A stretch of 63,992 bases of DNA, the filler included, from Octopus bimaculoides (lineage: Eukaryota), in assembly GCF_001194135.2 (NCBI RefSeq). It is 5 parts of 5 records of this genome, joined end to end, with 100 filler letters (N's around TTAATTAATTAA, not from the genome) between each part and the next. Parts side by side here need not be neighbours in the genome. Positions count along the whole stretch, not along the records: positions 1 to 30,141 come from NC_068992.1; positions 30,242 to 57,431 come from NC_068985.1; 3 more parts are not named here. One strand, given 5' to 3'. Position 1 is the stretch's first letter. Each line of letters starts with the position of its first letter. Made by a program: the position numbers and the translations under genes. The notes beneath the pieces were generated by a model, which worked only from the letters and a program-made list of their open reading frames with translations, did not search any database and was not told where the DNA came from. Shown here piece after piece: positions 24,377 to 37,911 of the stretch.

Positions 24377-27306
24377 GGATGTAATGCTGAATGAAACTGA
24401 TTACCAGGTGCTTTTAATATCCGGATGGAGGTATCCGAATGTAAACTTGAAAATTCTAAGGTGTCACCAAATTGTGACTGTTATTCTTCTGAAATACACG
24501 AATCAAGGGGTGCCTTGTCAAGCAGTAACAACCAAGTGTAGGCTGTCATTGTTTCCTAATGAGTTTGCCATATTTAGTTTTGCAAATGCTTGTTGTCGGC
24601 TCAAATTATACCGTTGTTCCTCAGTGTCTCATATTTTTAAAGGAGGAGCTTCTACGTCCTTGCTCGACTTACTTGCAATGATAGCTAAATTCCCTGAGAT
24701 CGCAACAAATAGCTTAAAGGAATACCAGTAAACCATTCACACGACGATAATGATGGTATTATCATTAAAAACACGGTTAACAGTAGCCAAAGTTTTACTG
24801 ATGTCGTTATTCAATCTGCCTAAAACTCAATTATTTAACCCGACCATATCTGGTCGAAATATTCTATTGTTCAAACAATCCGGATCCAGCCTCTCACACC
24901 TACTCTACAATACCATTATAGAAACAAACAAGCATATCATTGGCGTCTCAAAGCTAAACAATGTGATTAAACAAGTAGTAAGTTTGACAAAGTACTCTGA
25001 AGGCTAAATTGTTAAACAGACTTTTCTGATTGAAACCCACAAGTTCCGGTGTTCGAATAAACATGTAGACCTACTACAGTGTAAACCTATTAAGCAGTTG
25101 ATAGATAGGAACCGCAAATATAAATCACCGCTAAATATTTATATCTCTTTATCTTGTCTAAATTTAGTTAATTTTGTTTAATCCTACTTGAACCATGTCA
25201 AATCCAGCTGACCTCTCATCAAAGACGCAATAGCTGTGATCTCGATCTTGTCTTGAACAACAGCGAGTGCAATGTTTAATGTAGTCTTCTTTATTTATAA
25301 TGACACTGTGAGATTTAGTTGTTATGTCTAGTATTCTGATTGACTACGTAAAAATCCCTTATATTCTGCATAAGTGATTCTGCTGCGAACAACAGCCGTG
25401 ACATATAAGAAGTTTTCAATACAACATATGATATGATTTATCACGAACAAATTTAAGTGTTGCTGCCACAACACAATGCGAGATATCATTTGTTATCACA
25501 GAAATTCATCAAGAATTGCCGTCTAAACAGATTATCTGATATCATTAATTATCATCATGACTTCCATTTCTGATAAACCAACTTCTGTTTTTGTTTAGCT
25601 CTGCATTTTAATGAAAACGGAAATTTTCTTACTTTGTAAGGTGATTTCTGCACGTCACACACAAGTTTAATATGAAAGAGTGAAGAGAAATTTCACTAGA
25701 TCGGTTGTACTGATGGTCAGTATTTAAATCATCCTGCTCCTCCTGCTCCTACTCCTCTTCCTCTTGCTTTCTTGAAGACATGTAGCTAATATAGGCAGCT
25801 AATATAGGCAGCTAATATGGCGGAGTTGTAAAAGCGTCGAGTAGAATGCCTTGCAGTACACTTTTAACTTTCTCCGTCCTGAGTTCAAATTCGGCCGAGG
25901 TCAAATTGGCCTTTCCTCATTTCGGATTTCAATGAATAATGTAGAAATCAAGCAAGGATGGGGGCTGATTTTTCTACCCTCTCATTTTACCCTTTCCACG
26001 GAAGAAATCGGCCAATTTCAGATCTGGAGAGAATCTGGCTTCTCCCAGGTTTAAAATGATCAGGGCATGCCATAGAAGTCGTTTAAAAAATCGTTTATGT
26101 GTTTCAATCATACGACTGTGGCCATGTTGGGGCAGCGCTTCGAAGGGCTTTAGTCGAGCAAATCGATCCCAGTCGCGCAAATCGATCCCAGTTTTCTGTT
26201 TTTAAAATCTGGGACTTATTTTAAGAGTATATTTCTCCAAACCACTAAGTTATGGTGACGTAAACAAGCTAACAATGGGTGTCAAGTTGAATGTGGTTGA
26301 AAAAGACGTACATAGACACACACACATACACACACTCATCGTTTGGTGTTGACTATCGTTGAAAAGGGTACACAGTATCATAGTAGAGAGTAATAATGTA
26401 TAATAATGTATTAATAATGTATATAATAATGCATTTTATTTTGGTCGAGTTAGTCTCTGGTTACTCAGAGTTTCACCAGTGCCTGCAAAGTCTTCAGGCA
26501 AGTTATGACTTGCTTTCCATCTGAGACCAAATCGTTCAGATTTTGTTGCTGATTGCTTTCTGGAAATGACGGAATACCACAACACAACTTTGCACTGTTC
26601 TCTGGAAAATACTGGATGCCACAACGTAACTTTTAACTGTTCTCTGGTGCCATATAAATCTTACGATCTCAATATGTAACTGAAAGAAACCTCGTCTTGT
26701 TTCATAAACAAAGTTAAATATATAGGAGAGCCAGACACTGAAATGTTCATATCAAATGGATAAAGCAAAGCAAAGTTTAAACAAAGTAATATAGTTATCG
26801 TGGATAGCATTTCACATTATATCCTCTGCGACGGCAGAACAACAATTATATTACCAGAGAATTACAAATTACTGAAATGATTCGGGTTTAATATGGATGC
26901 TTAACAGTAAGTTATTCACAGAATTAGACTGTTTTATAATTCAATTGGGAAAAGACGAAGCTCTTAGTTGTTCTGTAATATTAGAGAGAAAGGTTCGGCA
27001 AATTCCATTGAACGTCATCGTAGGAGTTATTGAGGAATTGCAGCTGGTTTCTACCTCAGGGACTTTAGTTGTTCTATTGTTTACGAAAGAATAACATCTC
27101 GATAAATTTACCTGTAAATATAAATATATGTACAATGTGCAATGTAGGAATATATAACTATACATCTGTAACTAATAACTATATAAGCGTATATTATTCC
27201 ATTAAGGTAAGAACCACAAAGAAGTACTCTATCAAGTGAGAGGTGAATATCATTTAATGTATATATAAAGACACGAGCAACAAATAATTCATTTTATATA
27301 TATATG

Positions 27307-27368
<62 letters not shown>

Positions 27369-27539
27369 TATACACGCATACATACACGCACATATATGCG
27401 TGCATACATACACACACACATCTACATTTATATCTACCGATGACGTCAAAATCATTCATAAACTTTTGATAGAACGGGAAATACTCCTTTTCTGGAATTG
27501 AATCTCGAAGCACATACGAAACTATAAATAATCCTATCT

Positions 27540-27720
27540 ACTATAGGCACAAGGTCTGCAATTTGGGGGGAGGAATATAGTCGATTACATCGACCCTTGT
27601 ACTCAACCGGTGCTTATTTTATCGACCGCACGACGGAATTTGAACTCAGAACGTAAAGACAGACGAAAAACCACTAAGCATTTCACTCGGCGTGCTAACG
27701 ATTCTGCCAGCTCGCTGTCT
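27540..27720 (-). mobile_element. SINE family A
   Basis: GGAATTTGAACTCAGAACGTAAAGAC...GCTAACGATTCTGCCAGCTCGC. Confidence 0.85.
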
Positions 27721-27919
27721 TCCAAAGTCATAAACAATAGCATGAAAATGTTGGGTTGAAGAACTGTTTTGGAGGGAAAATGATGAGGCAGTTTTTGACG
27801 TTTTCTATCCGAAAGGGTTTTTCAACCCAATATTTACATGGTAATATTTCTAGCTATCTATGTACTTCGCGATCCAGTTAAAAAAAAAAGATATACGTAT
27901 GTGCGTGTGTGTGTCTGAA

Positions 27920-27950
<31 letters not shown>

Positions 27951-28109
27951 GTGTGCAGCGTTGGCCAAATGTAACAAAATCCGACATCATTTTGTGATCC
28001 GTCGGCATAATTTGATGGTTTAAGGTTATCTAGCTCACACAACATGTATGTATGTATGTATGTATGCATGTATGTATGTACGTACGTTTGTATGTACGTT
28101 TTTATATAT

Positions 28110-28495
28110 TAGGCGCAGGCGTGGCTGTGTGATAAGATGCTTGATTCCCGACCACGTGGTCCCGGGTTCAGTTCTACTGGATGACACTGCAAGTGTCTTT
28201 TACTATAGCCCCAGGTTGACCAAAGCCTAGTGAGTGGATTTGGTGGACGCAAACTGGAAGAACATACACGCACGTATAGATTTGTCTGTGTGTGTGTTTT
28301 TTTTCTCACCCGCCATCGCTTGACAACCGATGCTGGTGTGTTTACATCCCTGTAACTTAGCGGTTCGGCCTTAAGAGGCTGATAAATTAAGTATTACATT
28401 TACAAATAAGAAGACCTGGGGTCGATTTCTTCGACTAAAACCCTTTAAGGCGGTACTCCAGCATGGCCGCAATCAAATGATTGAAACAATTCAAA
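28110..28495 (+). mobile_element. tRNA-derived SINE family B, full length, with internal (TG)n
   Basis: A-box TGGCTGTGTG, B-box GGTTCAGTTCT, body GCAAGTGTCTT.TACTATAGCC, and 3' part CGCTTGACAACCGATGCTGGTGTG..GTAACTTAGCGGTTCGGC..GCGGTACTCCAGCATGGCCGC. Other copies lie at 11555-11690(-), 12780-12945(+), 13870-14050(+), 16270-16470(-), 19430-19600(-), 26095-26290(-), 45350-45530(-) and 50340-50500(-). Confidence 0.9.
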
Positions 28496-28595
28496 GAATG
28501 TATTATATATATATATATATATTATACATACANNNNNNNNNNNNNNNNNNNNNNNNNNNNNNNNNNNNNNNNNNNNNNNNNNNNNNATATATATA

Positions 28596-28627
<32 letters not shown>

Positions 28628-30141
28628 ATTAGGGATAAAAATCCAAGGTAAAAACTCAATTTAATTTAATGTATCAAAAATTAAAATCAAATTAAGTTTC
28701 ACAGTATATAACGATCAGCTGCCGAGGTATTCAATTCAAATATAGTGTGTGCAACATTATATTTAGACCGATGCAATTTCCTGCCGCTCTGGAGTTGAGT
28801 TTCTACATCGTATAGCCGCTTCTATAGAAGAAATAGAACCGAAAATATACAGAGATATATTAGAATTTATTTGGATGTAAAAATATAAGTATACACTTGA
28901 CACCAGTTTCACGTTAGGTTTTCAAATGTGTATATATGCATATGGAGCCGTGTCATAAATTGCATCTTTTTGGGCTGTTCTTGTATTGTTTGTTTTTAAA
29001 GAAAGAACGTGACTGAGAGCGCGAATCGTAAACATATAGATTCATAGGTTAAGCTCATGTGGCAGTTGCGTGAGAAGGCAACATAAAATCTTTTCTCCAT
29101 TGAATATGTCACATGACAGAAAATATAAGAATGATTTATATTTATTTTACTGTTTCCTCCCCCGTTTTATGTCAGAAGTAATAAACACCGAAACTTGACT
29201 TTAATTTAAGAAAATATAGTTGTTTTCTTAAAGTGTTACTGAGAATTATTAATTATTTTGTCGAAAAATAATATCATCACTTATTGCTAGTTGATTCTCA
29301 TTGAACATGTTAAAACATATCCCTTCTTTGTTAACAAGATTTGGGGAAAATAAAATAACGATGTGCGGAGTAAATAAGATAGATTATAATTGCTACATGA
29401 ACGAGCGAAAGTAGACAAATTTCTGCAATAATTAATTCGTAGAAAAAAGCGAATCGAGTATTATTGATCATTTACAACCTGTTCTTTTTCTCGCTCCCCC
29501 TCTCTCACATTTCTTGACCTTCCCTTCATTCTCCTCACTTTCCCTCCTCTTTTACATCACTCTGTCCCTTTCCTTTTTCTCTCTTTCTCTTCCCTCCCTA
29601 ATTATTCAATCCCACTGCTTTCTACCTCTCTCCTCTCCTTCCACGTGTCCGGTGTTCCGCCAAGTCTGACCTTTCCTTTTTGGTTCGACTACCATCCATG
29701 TAGCATCTCTGATATTCCTTCCTATGACATTCATCCTTTATGTTCCTGCCGTAAGGCTTCACTTCCACACGCGCAAGCTTCATTTAATTCGTCATTAGTC
29801 GAAAGACACCTGTTGTTAACGTCCAGTTGTTTGTATTTGTAATTGTGTACCATTTCTCCGTCTTTTTCGTCCTATTTTCGTATTCGCTTGCTTTCTTTCG
29901 AAGAATCTACTGTTCTTAGCTTAGATTTTCTTGGAGCAGTCTCGAGATAACCGGCCAAAGCTGCAACGACGATCTGGAACTCGACAGACGATAGGAAGCT
30001 CCGAATGGCCCGTCCTTGTTTTTTCTTGTCCTTTTTTGTATCGCCTAACTGTCCGGTGGTTTTGTTTTCGCCTGTTACGTTCTTGTTCAATTTTTTTATA
30101 TATACATGTAACGGCGTATGTACACTTATGGTCTCTTGTAT

Positions 30142-30241
30142 NNNNNNNNNNNNNNNNNNNNNNNNNNNNNNNNNNNNNNNNNNNNTTAATTAATTAANNN
30201 NNNNNNNNNNNNNNNNNNNNNNNNNNNNNNNNNNNNNNNNN
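30142..30241. other. Synthetic 100-bp scaffold spacer (44 N + TTAATTAATTAA + 44 N)
   Basis: Identical spacers lie at 57432-57531, 60458-60557 and 62849-62948. TTAATTAATTAA places stop codons in all six frames. Confidence 0.95.
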
Positions 30242-30291
<50 letters not shown>

Positions 30292-30617
30292 TGTTTGTGT
30301 GTTTGTGAGTGTGTGTATGCATACCCACATAAGCAAGCATATACACAAGCCGCTTATGTATAACATTTGTATACATATACACGCGCTCAAATATGTGTTA
30401 ATATATATGTATATGTGTAAGTAAGTGTGTGTGCGTGTGCGCACACGCGTGTGTATGGCGCAAAATTACAACTCCCATGTTCCGGTCCCCAAAAAGCATT
30501 GTATTACTTAAGTTTATAAATTTTGCTAACAGAAATGACATAAAAAGCACGTAAGAAGCAACAATAATATTGTCAATGAAAAATTATACTGTAAAAAAGA
30601 TAAAGATTTCACATTTG

Positions 30618-30667
<50 letters not shown>

Positions 30668-31276
30668 TGATCTATTTCTATCTGTCTCTCTCTCTTTCTG
30701 TCTGTCACTCTCTCTGTCTCTCTTTCTTTCTCTCTCTCACTATCTCCTTCCTCTAAGTCTCGTCGAAAGGATGAATATTCCAGTTGTTCGAACAACTAAA
30801 CTAAATACACAATGACTGTAGAGTAAAAAGTGCTGAATAGTCAACACACAGTTGTACCTTAAACATAATTTCTAGGAAGGAATAGAATGATTGCGTGTGT
30901 GTNNNNNNNNNNNNNNNNNNNNNNNNNNNNNNNNNNNNNNNNNNNNNNNNNNNNNNNNNNNNNNNNNNNNNNNNNNNNNNNNNNNNNNNNNNNNNNNNNN
31001 NNNNNNNNNNNNNNNNNNNNNNNNNNNNNNNNNNNNNNNNNNNNNNNNNNNNNNNNNNNNNNNNNNNNNNNNNNNNNNNNNNNNNNNNNNNNNNNNNNNN
31101 NNNNNNNNNNNNNNNNNNNNNNNNNNNNNNNNNNNNNNNNNNNNNNNNNNNNNNNNNNNNNNNNNNNNNNNNNNNNNNNNNNNNNNNNNNNNNNNNNNNN
31201 NNNNNNNNNNNNNNNNNNNNNNNNNNNNNNNNNNNNNNNNNNNNNNNNNNNNNNNNNNNNNNNNNNNNNNNNNNNN

Positions 31277-31332
<56 letters not shown>

Positions 31333-31394
31333 CTAGTTTCAGCTCACGAGCTGTGGCCATGCTGGTGCACCGGCATTTGGTGTTGCTACATAAT

Positions 31395-32250
31395 TTTACT
31401 TCACGAATGCTTTTCAGGAATTGACATTTGGTGCATGAGGGAGTTTGATGCAGCTGCCCTCATCTGCACCTCCTGCCGCGAAGTTGGTTCATCTGGGACA
31501 CTTGACAGTAAGAGGTCAAGTTATATTTTGAAGACACCTACATCCATGCCATATAGGTCTCTCATGTCCTTCGGGAGGATATTGAAGAGTTGTGGACCAC
31601 TGAAGCCCACGCTATTGCAGTATCTTGTCCTACATCTTGATGGCAAATTTGGAGTCCTTGGGACTAAGCAGTGGTCCACAACTCTTCAGTTCTAGTATTT
31701 GTGTAATTCTCAATGCCAAAGTTTGGGACAAGTCCCTCCAGGGTCTTCCAGATGTATATTATGGCATATCTTTCTCGTCTACGCTCTAAGGAATAGAGTC
31801 TTGATCTCTTGAGTCTTTCCCAATAGCTTATATGCTGCATAGAGGTTATCTTCTTCGTGTAGCTTCGTTGGATTGCCTCAAGTTCTGAGATTAATTTGAC
31901 ACTGGTTGGCGACCATAGCCGAGAGCAATAGTCAAAGTGGCTTAGGACAAGTGTCTTCCAGAGGACCATCATGATTTCCTGATCTCTTGTTCTAAAAGTT
32001 CTGAGAATCCATGCGGTCAGCCGCCTGCATTTCATTGCATTTCATTATGAACAGTAGTGGTCCCAAAACAGTACATTGCAGAACCCCTCACTATTTGCGT
32101 GTCATTGGAGGTGGCCCCATTGGCTACTACCACCTGACTTCTATCCTTCAGAAAGTCATGAAGCCATTCTCCCAACTATGCCGAGATCACGCAGTTTGTG
32201 ACATATTCCATGATCGACTTTATCAAAGGCCTTTTCAAAATGCATATATA
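31395..32250 (-). mobile_element. CR1-type LINE ORF2 remnant with two internal deletions
   Basis: RT motif YMHFEKAFDKVDHG.ICHKLRDLGIVG (32150-32250), then WILRTFRTRDQEIMMVLWKTLVLSHFDYCSRLWSP...IQRSYTKKI..YWERLK..RLYSLERRRERY (31690-32035), then the C-terminal GPQLFNILPKDMRDL..VPDEPTSRQEVQMRAAASNSL (31420-31600). Confidence 0.88.
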
Positions 32251-32299
32251 AATACATACACACACACACACACACGCACGCACACACACACACACACAT

Positions 32300-32480
32300 A
32301 CGACGGGCTGCTTTCAGTTTCTGCCTATCAGATCCACTCACAAGGTTTTGGGCGACCCGACGCTATAGTAAAAGGCACTTGACGAAGGTGTCACACTGTG
32401 GGAATGAACCCGGAACAACAAGGTTCCGGGTTCATTGTGGTTGGAAAGGAAGGCTTTTATCACACAGCGACGCCTGAGCT
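32300..32480 (-). mobile_element. SINE family B 5' half, abutting the CR1 remnant
   Basis: GACGGGCTGCTTTCAGTTTC..CCACTCACAAGG..CTATAGTA..GAACCCGGAAC..CACACAGCGACGCCTG. Confidence 0.8.
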
Positions 32481-32500
32481 TTTATACATACATACATACA

Positions 32501-32536
<36 letters not shown>

Positions 32537-33783
32537 TATTTATATGTATATATACTCTTTTTACTCATTTATATATACATATATTAGGCTCTGGTAGGGT
32601 AAAAAGGTAGGGTATTTCCAGAAAAGCACCCAGCCCGAATTCCAGACCGATATCTGTTAGGTTCCGAAACAAAACCGAAATTATTCAAGTTTAGAAAATC
32701 CTGGTTACATCGTTGTGTGGGTGTGGCGAAGAATACATTATAATCCAAATAATAAGACAAATAAATTCTTTAACATATGTTTTATGATTTGTTACAATTG
32801 TTTCTGTTTTACCTTCTCATCAAGGCAACATAGAGATTTCAGTTCAGCAGCCCATCTGTAAGTTTTGCAGTGTGTGTGAGAATGAGAGGACATTGCAAAC
32901 AGTGAGTGAAATAAACATGAAATGAAAAAATCGTATAAATAAAAGGGCGTATACAGATGTATACGCCCCCGACTTTGTTGCCTCATGACATCCAGAAAAT
33001 GGATACTTTTTAACAAAATTTTCTACAGAATTTTTCTCAGGGGGTGGAAAATTCACACGATCTAACTTTTTTCCCCCATAACTTTCAGGAAGATGGGTAT
33101 CTTTTAATGAAAATCTATACAAATCCCTTTCAAACGGCATAGATTACGATTATAAAGAAATTTGTGGAGAAAATTTTTTCAGGGATTTCTCTCATTTCTT
33201 TAAAACCACAGCCTTCGAAATGATGGAGTGGAGGTGGGGGGCGTCTTTGTATGAAAAACATTTTGTAAACTCTTTTTAACACCCTCTCCCTCATCATCCC
33301 ACACTCCGGACCTATTTTGGTCAATTTTTTGTTTTGCATTTCAAAACCATCGGAAGAGCATTTTCGGTAAAATTTAAAAAATAATTGTTAATATTTTCAG
33401 AGGGAAAGGTGAGTGATTTAAGGGCGATTTGGCTGTTGTTTCTAAAGATAAACCTATTCGTTTCATTATCATCTCGCACGTATTGATGGCTTTCAATATT
33501 TCCCTCCCATAAATACATTTATATGCTACAAAAAAGAAAATTTGAGAAATTATGAATTTTTTGCAAACCCAATCCCTGCTCCCGATTGTTTCTGTTTAGA
33601 AATTAAAATATCGGACAGCTTGAGAAGGTCATTGCTGGCATTTATCCACATTGACTTTAAAAAAATTACAGAGATGTACTTGCATAGTAAGTAACTAGAT
33701 CTGAGATCATGTGCTGAAACAAAAACAATTGCAGCGTAGATGCTTGTAAGCTATTCAAGAACACACAGAAACCGTTAGTTTCA

Positions 33784-33994
33784 TAGCACTACTTAAATAC
33801 AGAGGTCCCGATGCATCTATGTAACGATATGAAGAGGAAGATTAGTTTTAAGGTTTGTTTTTAGGGTTAAGTTAGGGCTAGTTTTGGGGTTAGGGTGTCA
33901 TTACACGTCCACATAACGTACATTTAAAATGTTTTGCACGTAGCACCTGTATTTAAGTAGTGCCGTTAAGGGACCTCTGTATTTAAGTATTACC
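33784..33994. mobile_element. Small insertion with 7-bp TSD, nested inverted repeats and TTAGGG-like core
   Basis: AGTTTCA occurs at 33777-83 and 33995-34001. The left arm 33786-33809 is inverted to both 33947-63 (17 bp) and 33970-89 (20 bp). Confidence 0.6.
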
Positions 33995-35302
33995 AGTTTC
34001 ACTTCAACATTAAAATTTCATTTGCGTCAAAATATTTTCTTCGCTTTGAAACCGCGACCTGGTCACTGACAAAACTTCGCAAAAGTACTGCAGCACGAGG
34101 TTTTATCAGTGAACAGCAAACACACACACACACACACATACACACATTCATTGCCTTTCATTTGTGTGTGTGTGTGTATTTACGTGTGTGCGCAAGTGCG
34201 TCACTGTTGAAGTCGCTCGGTCTACTTATTTCTGTATATATTGGCTTAGCGGTACAGAGTTTTTGGAAACTGTGAATAAGGTGCAAGTTTCGAGTACTTG
34301 TCGGTAACTTTTTTCTCCTCGCCTTCTAATAGTGATTACCCAACTCTCTAGACTCTTCTCACGGCTATCCTGCGTTCAAAAATTATACGGGTATTTTAAA
34401 ATTTTTGATTCAATAAATAATAAATTACGTATACATTAATAGAATAAACTGTCGGTTTTCCAAATAGCAAATGAAAGCTTAAAAGAGAAAGTGAGAGACT
34501 TTGCAAATGAGAATGGAATACTCCGCAGTGAATCCACTGAATATTTAAATTTGTGAATTGGACGCAGTATATGCAATGAATTTTAAATTTGCGAGAAATT
34601 GGAGTTTAAAAAATTCGAGAAACTTGAGAAATCGAAATTATTGGAAATTTCTTAGGACATGAACTTATAAAAATATTTCCAGACAGTCAACCCTTTAATA
34701 ATTGCTTTCTTTTAGCACTTTTAGTAATTGTTACATACCTAATTAATAAGCAACTTTCTCCATTATTGTACAGATATAAACATGACGGGGGTCGTTGAGC
34801 TTTATAAAATATTTATTCAAGAATGAAGGTATAAACAATTTTTCTTGACTCGATAGTTTCGTTTCCATTTAAAGTTTTTGCATTTGTATTTTAATTTCAA
34901 GTGAATATAAAACAGTTATAAAATATGTACATTTTTGTAAAATAGTATAAAAGAAAATATGAACAAAAATAATGATACAAAGAGTAAATCAATAAATATT
35001 TTTCAAAAAAATATGGCGACATGACATGAAAATACTGTTTTGGAATGTTGCAAGTCAGAAAATAGATATTTCCAAATATAATATGATTTTTATTTCTTAA
35101 ACCGCATCCTGCTTCCATTATATTTCTTTAAGGGGGTGTTATTTTAGTAGTGCGCTCACGGGTGTCTGCTGCAGCTAAGCAATTAAGAAAGCACAAGGTG
35201 AATTTAGCAAAGAAGTTGTTAAAATAAATTCGAGTAGAAGGTGATGATTTATTGAAATTATAGCAATAATGAAGAGAGGAATGAATGTAATCTTAGGATT
35301 TA

Positions 35303-35654
<352 letters not shown>

Positions 35655-35786
35655 TACATGCACACACACATATATATATATATATACACATATATATATA
35701 CACATAAATATACATATATATATAAAGAGAGAGAGAGAGAGACCGAGAGCGAGAGAGAACGACAGACAGACAGAAGACATATACAT

Positions 35787-35831
<45 letters not shown>

Positions 35832-36063
35832 GAGAGAAGAAGAGAGACGGTGAAAGAGATAAAAAAGGGAGATTTAGATGGTGGGTTTGGTGGGCGCATT
35901 GACAACATTTCCCATGCATTTAGATAAATGTGTGATAAAAAATAATTTGCAGTTGATGTCTTTTTTTCCATTAATAGCCATCATAGAAGCGTCTTGAATA
36001 ACACAGTTGGTGTAGAAGCAAGAACAACATAAACAACAACAACAACAACAACAAGTAATAATG

Positions 36064-36098
<35 letters not shown>

Positions 36099-36188
36099 CG
36101 CAGTAGTAGCAATACTGATTTCTTTTGATGGCATTAGCAAAGAACAATTTGCAGCACAAATAAATGGTATGTACAGATAAATTAATAA

Positions 36189-36247
<59 letters not shown>

Positions 36248-36683
36248 TAAAAATAATAATAATAACGAAGACGTTCACGGATCATGTATAATGATAGACA
36301 TAAGCAGGTTTCCAAAAACAATGCTATTTGAGTCTGTAAATAATTTTTGGTTATTTCCCATAAAGTCTTTGTTAATCTTGAACAATTTTTATGCATTTTT
36401 ACCCTAATGTACCTTATTCTTTTTTTAAAGAAAGGTAGAATTTTAATGTATTTATCAAGCAATGTATCCTAGTTACTTAAGGAATATTAAGATGAAGATT
36501 AAATAAATTGTCGAAATAGAGATTTACTGATTACAGTAGTGATTATGTGGGGTGACTGGACATAGTTTTAAGAATTCTATTTAGAATAAAAATATTTATG
36601 GAAATTCTCTTTGTTTCTGTTAAAAGTTATTCTTTTTAATCTTGCTTCCAATTGGTAGCCATACTTTAAGTGTATGTCTATAT

Positions 36684-36898
36684 TGGTTTCAGATTTTGGC
36701 ACAAGGCCAGCAATTTTGGAAGTGGGAGACAGTCGATTAAATCGTCCCCAGTGTTCAACTGGTACTTGTTTTATCTACCCTGAAAGGATGACAGGCGAAG
36801 TCGACCTCGGTGGAATTTGAACTCAGAATGTAAGGACGGACGAAATGCCGCTAAGCACTTTGCCCGGCGTGCTGACGCTTCTGCCAGCTCGCTGCCTT
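36684..36898 (-). mobile_element. SINE family A, near full length
   Basis: TTTTGGCACAAGGCCAGCAATTT...GTCGACCTCGGTGGAATTTGAACTCAG...GCCAGCTCGCTGCCTT. Confidence 0.9.
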
Positions 36899-37817
36899 AA
36901 TGCATGTATATATCGAAGGCGAGGGAGATCTACATTTGGATCCGTTTGACTATTGCTTTCTTGACAACAATAAACGCAGTAACCATCGTTACTTTTAGGG
37001 AACCTAATACAGAACCGGACTTCGTATCCGGCTTTCAGAAATCCCTGAAACATGCTGTACCTTATATCGAGTAAACAGACTCTGTTTTGAAGCTGGTAAA
37101 TTTGCATACGTTGCTTTAAAAATAGTTTTGTTGTTTACATTATTATGAGGATTGTTAAAGATTAAACATATTCTACCTTTAGATGTGTATTAATTTGTAC
37201 CTGTATCTGTAAAAGAGAATCATATTCTTCAACGTTCTTCGTTTAATTTTCATCCTACAAACATTATACTGCATACATGGTACAGCATGATATATCTGAA
37301 AGAATTTTAAGTGGATTAATAAGTGTCCAACTTTAGGAATGTATTTATTTGAATCTGTTAAATACAATTTCGTTCTTTACTTTTCATTGTTTACGCTACA
37401 TTTTAAGTATATATTTAAGCTGCCTCCAGAAAACCAGAAAATCCAGAAATCCAAGCTACTAACGGTCCTAAGCTTGCTGGATATTTGGCTCGGTACTGTA
37501 CTAATGTTCTTGAACAAATTCTAGCATTCATTGTTCCCCCCTTCTTCAAAAAAAATAAAATAGATGGATCCTTCAAAATGGTGCCATTTAAGAACTGAAA
37601 TAAACTGAACTACAATCCATCAAGCGGTTGGAAATACTTGTTTTAAGCTGCAGCCATATATACAAAGGGTCATTTATTTAGTGATATAATTTGTGAGACA
37701 AAAAAAAAGAAAAAGAAAAAAGAAAATTTAATTCTTTATTAAAATTTCATAAACCTTTTTTGCTGGATAATAGATATTCCAGAAAGCACTTTCAAAGACA
37801 TACATAATGAGATGTAA

Positions 37818-37911
<94 letters not shown>

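Noticed and set aside
28110-28185. tRNA genes
   Set aside because: A and B boxes are present, but there is no complete cloverleaf and each head continues into a SINE body.
28630-28930. Possible Penelope-like terminal repeat after (AAT)n
   Set aside because: It looks like a dispersed repeat, but no coding or intact ribozyme motif supports a class assignment.
30186-30197. Recurrent palindrome TTAATTAATTAA as a biological motif
   Set aside because: It always sits centred in exactly 44+44 N, so it is a synthetic linker.
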